Under the pieces are notes generated by a model. The model worked only from the letters and a program-made list of their open reading frames with translations. It did no database searches and was not told the DNA's origin. DNA of 28,440 nucleotides, taken from assembly GCA_024710355.1 (NCBI GenBank), contig JANJUX010000012.1, forward strand, positions 64,001 to 92,440, written 5' to 3'. This DNA comes from Candidatus Rifleibacteriota bacterium (lineage in GTDB: Bacteria; Muiribacteriota; Ozemobacteria; Ozemobacterales; Ozemobacteraceae). A program made the position numbers and the translations under genes. Of this stretch, positions 26,501 through 28,440 are shown piece after piece (the stretch's first letter is position 1; the number at the start of each line of letters is the position of its first letter).

Positions 26501-26878
26501 ATGACCTTATCGGAGAAAAAAGAAAAAGCGCGAGTAAACTTCGGGATTTCGGCGGCCCCGGGCAGTCAGGTGTCTGTTGCCGGAACTTTTAACAACTGGG
26601 ATCCTACGGCAGCCCCGATGCATGACCAATCCGGCAAAGGCTACTTCAGGACAGATATGCTTATTCCGGAGGGTAAGCATGAATACAAATTCGTTGTCAA
26701 CGGCGTCTGGGCAACAGATCCATCATGTCATAACCGGGTTCCGGGCCCATTCGGCTCTGAGAATTGCGTGCTTCAGGTTCAGAAAACAGAATTAAAAGCG
26801 CCTGAGCCAGTTAATTCCGGCAAAAAAAACGCCAAAATTGAAAAATCAAAGGATGTGGAATTATGCAGAAAAAGATGA
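26501..26878 (+). CDS. Small protein with a CBM48 / AMPK-beta glycogen-binding-like domain (E-set).
   Basis: VAGTFNNWDP ... GKHEYKFVVNGVWATDP matches the CBM48/AMPK1_CBM signature. RBS AAGGAG is 5 nt before the Met at 26501. The track ORF starts at 26441 without an RBS. Confidence 0.65.
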   Translation: MTLSEKKEKARVNFGISAAPGSQVSVAGTFNNWDPTAAPMHDQSGKGYFRTDMLIPEGKHEYKFVVNGVWATDPSCHNRVPGPFGSENCVLQVQKTELKAPEPVNSGKKNAKIEKSKDVELCRKR

Positions 26879-27630
26879 ATGTTCCGGCTTCAAATGCTGC
26901 GGCCAAAGCGCCTTTTACCGACCCGACCGGCAAACCCGGTTCGCCAGAAATTGACAAAAAAATCCTGTCTTCTTTCAGGCATTCCTACGTTTACCAGACC
27001 TTTCTCTCTGCAGACTCTATAGATGTTGCAGCCAAAGAAGGTGTTGTGACTTTGACCGGAACTGTTGAAGATGAATCTCATAAAATGTTGGCACAGGAAA
27101 CCGTAGCCCGACTGTATGGAGTTGTTCGTGTCGACAATCAGCTGATTACGCCTTCAGAAGCGGCAGCCGAAAACGCTGACACCTGGATTGCACGCAAGGT
27201 AAAACTCACTCTTATTTTTCACTTTCACGTCAGCGCCAGTGCTACCATCGTTGAGGTAAAAGATCGCGTGGTGACCTTGAAGGGCGAGGCGACAAGCCTG
27301 GCTCAAAAAGAGCTGACTGCGGAATACGCTGGAGACATCGAGGGCGTAAAAATGGTTATTAATCAGATGACAGTGGCAAAAACTCCGTCACCGGCAAAAC
27401 GTAGTGCCGAATCGAGGGTAGACGATGCATCGATCTTTGCACAGGTTTATTCTGCGTTGCTGACTCATCGATCTACCAGCGCCATGAAAACCACTGTGGA
27501 AACCAGAAATGGGGAGGTTATTCTGACCGGAACGGTCAAGAATGCTGCTGAAAAAGCTCTGGTTACCAAAATAGTGTCTGATATACACGGCGTTAACAGT
27601 GTGAATAACTTGATGGTGATAGAAGAATAA
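26863..27630 (+). CDS. OsmY-like periplasmic protein with three BON domains.
   Basis: Three repeats of the BON pattern (V..G.VTLTG.V......A......GV..V.N.L). Its start overlaps the upstream gene by 16 nt. RBS AAAGGA. Confidence 0.85.
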   Translation: MQKKMNVPASNAAAKAPFTDPTGKPGSPEIDKKILSSFRHSYVYQTFLSADSIDVAAKEGVVTLTGTVEDESHKMLAQETVARLYGVVRVDNQLITPSEAAAENADTWIARKVKLTLIFHFHVSASATIVEVKDRVVTLKGEATSLAQKELTAEYAGDIEGVKMVINQMTVAKTPSPAKRSAESRVDDASIFAQVYSALLTHRSTSAMKTTVETRNGEVILTGTVKNAAEKALVTKIVSDIHGVNSVNNLMVIEE

Positions 27631-27655
27631 AAATTCTCCCAAAACGCCTGATTTT

Positions 27656-27691
27656 ACCGGTGGGTATATTTTATACTCACCGGTTTTTTTC
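27656..27691 (+). terminator. Rho-independent terminator of the lipoprotein-CBM48-BON operon.
   Basis: ACCGGTGGGTAT ... ATACTCACCGGT stem followed by TTTTTTT, 26 nt after the BON stop. Confidence 0.7.
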
Positions 27692-27839
27692 TGTACAGGA
27701 GCGCATTGAATATTTCTCGCCGATTCGGCGGTGCAGCCTATCAGCCGGGTTACTATAGACATTTTCAATGAGCTTTTAATATAAAACAGTTAAAACTTTG
27801 CATGAGCTGCGGTTCAGATGCATGTTTGTTTTTGGGGAT

Positions 27840-28328
27840 TCAATTGGGGAATTGCTCCGGAACCGTTTCGGGGCCAAGAAGAACGGCAAACCAGAGAGTA
27901 TCAGGGTTGTTCTCGCAGGCAAATTTAAGGGTCATGGTCAGCGGTATGCAAAGAACCATGCCGACCGGGCCAAGCAGATTGCCCCAGAAAATCAAAGACA
28001 GAAAAACAACCAGATTGGATAAGCCGAGTTTTTGCCCAGTGACCATTATTTCAATGATATTGCCCAGAATGAAGTTGATGACCAGAAACCCGGCCCCGGC
28101 CAGGAGGGCGCCTTCAATTCCATGGCTGATCAATGCAATAATGGAAGCCGGAATGGCAGCAATGACAGAACCAACGTTTGGTATATAGTTGAGCAGGAAA
28201 GCCAGGAACCCCCACAGAATTGGGAAATCTATATTGATCATAAAAAGCCATATTCCGATCAACAAGCCCGTCAATAAACTGAAAATCGTATGGATTATCA
28301 CCCTGAATTCCCGGAAATTTGTAACCAT
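27840..28328 (-). CDS. Membrane protein resembling the C-terminal half of AI-2E/PerM (UPF0118) family transporters. It may be a truncated gene or remnant.
   Basis: LNYIPNVGSVIAAIPASIIAL and the following TM helices match the conserved AI-2E C-terminal signature. The ORF is only 162 aa (about 4 TM). The ATG at 28328 is immediately preceded by an in-frame TAA and has no SD. Confidence 0.5.
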   Translation of the reverse strand: MVTNFREFRVIIHTIFSLLTGLLIGIWLFMINIDFPILWGFLAFLLNYIPNVGSVIAAIPASIIALISHGIEGALLAGAGFLVINFILGNIIEIMVTGQKLGLSNLVVFLSLIFWGNLLGPVGMVLCIPLTMTLKFACENNPDTLWFAVLLGPETVPEQFPN

Positions 28329-28377
28329 TTAACCAGCTAAAATTCTTTTCTGATCGATAATTTAATGCATTTTCTGC

Positions 28378-28406
28378 TTGACTTTTTCATCGTTATAATA
28401 TATTAT
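28378..28406 (+). promoter_or_regulatory. Putative sigma70 promoter TTGACT-N17-TATTAT reading out of the window. ATGs at 28414 and 28432 begin an ORF that continues beyond 28440.
   Basis: A -35 and -10 with 17-nt spacing inside an AT-rich block (28330-28410). The short distance to the first ATG suggests a leaderless or short-leader transcript. Confidence 0.4.
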
Positions 28407-28440
28407 TGTAACGATGAAAGGCGGTGCGGGAATGGCGACA

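Noticed and set aside
27798-28188. Two plus-strand ORFs of 74 and 128 aa, plus 28032-28277.
   Set aside because: They are antisense to the AI-2E-like membrane ORF, whose hydrophobic periodicity and family signature favour the minus strand.
28378-28399. Alternative reading of the promoter as TTGACT with TATAAT at 28394-28399.
   Set aside because: That leaves only a 10-nt spacer. The TATTAT at 28401-28406 gives the canonical 17-nt spacing.
1-28440. Search for CRISPR arrays, tRNA/rRNA genes, integrase/transposase genes, and phage or toxin-antitoxin modules.
   Set aside because: None found by eye. The only mobile-element signature is the non-autonomous 149-bp MITE-like element at 25734-25882.

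Overview
The window reads as about 28 kb of a Gram-negative chromosome with roughly 50% GC. The Gram-negative call rests on OmpA-like, BON, lipobox and prepilin-type proteins; two radical SAM enzymes suggest an anaerobe or microaerophile, and a Desulfuromonadota-like origin is a guess only. It is densely coding, with no rRNA, tRNA or CRISPR.

Stretches that stand out:
1. A minus-strand operon at 184-4593 of MFS transporter, radical SAM/SPASM enzyme and S9 peptidase. An unannotated 31-codon Cys-containing ORF sits exactly between the transporter and the rSAM, making this a candidate RiPP-like peptide-modification locus.
2. A pseudopilin-type module at 4745-8498. It has a GspG-like globular domain carried on a Sec signal plus C-terminal TM anchor, an inner-membrane OmpA-like peptidoglycan-binding protein, and two prepilin-type proteins.
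3. A conventional NAD(P)-dependent aldehyde dehydrogenase at 8628-10250 and a DUF-like protein at 10441-11073.
4. A sigma70 promoter overlapped by a perfect 14-bp AT-rich inverted repeat that matches the OhrR operator type. It drives an operon of glutathione peroxidase, OhrR and a B12-binding radical SAM enzyme.
5. A six-gene minus-strand operon of signal-peptide proteins, one of them LRR, with no recognisable catalytic domains, plus a divergent secreted protein.
6. A lipoprotein alpha/beta hydrolase, a HAD phosphatase, and a PAS histidine kinase with a NarL/LuxR-type response regulator.
7. A 149-bp MITE-like element with perfect 18-bp terminal inverted repeats and a 10-bp target-site duplication, inserted between the two-component system and the next operon.
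8. A stress-type operon of KAG-repeat lipoprotein, CBM48-like domain protein and triple-BON OsmY-like protein, ending in a clean intrinsic terminator.
9. A half-length AI-2E-like membrane ORF.

Most of the other long ORFs in the six-frame track are antisense or overlapping artefacts.
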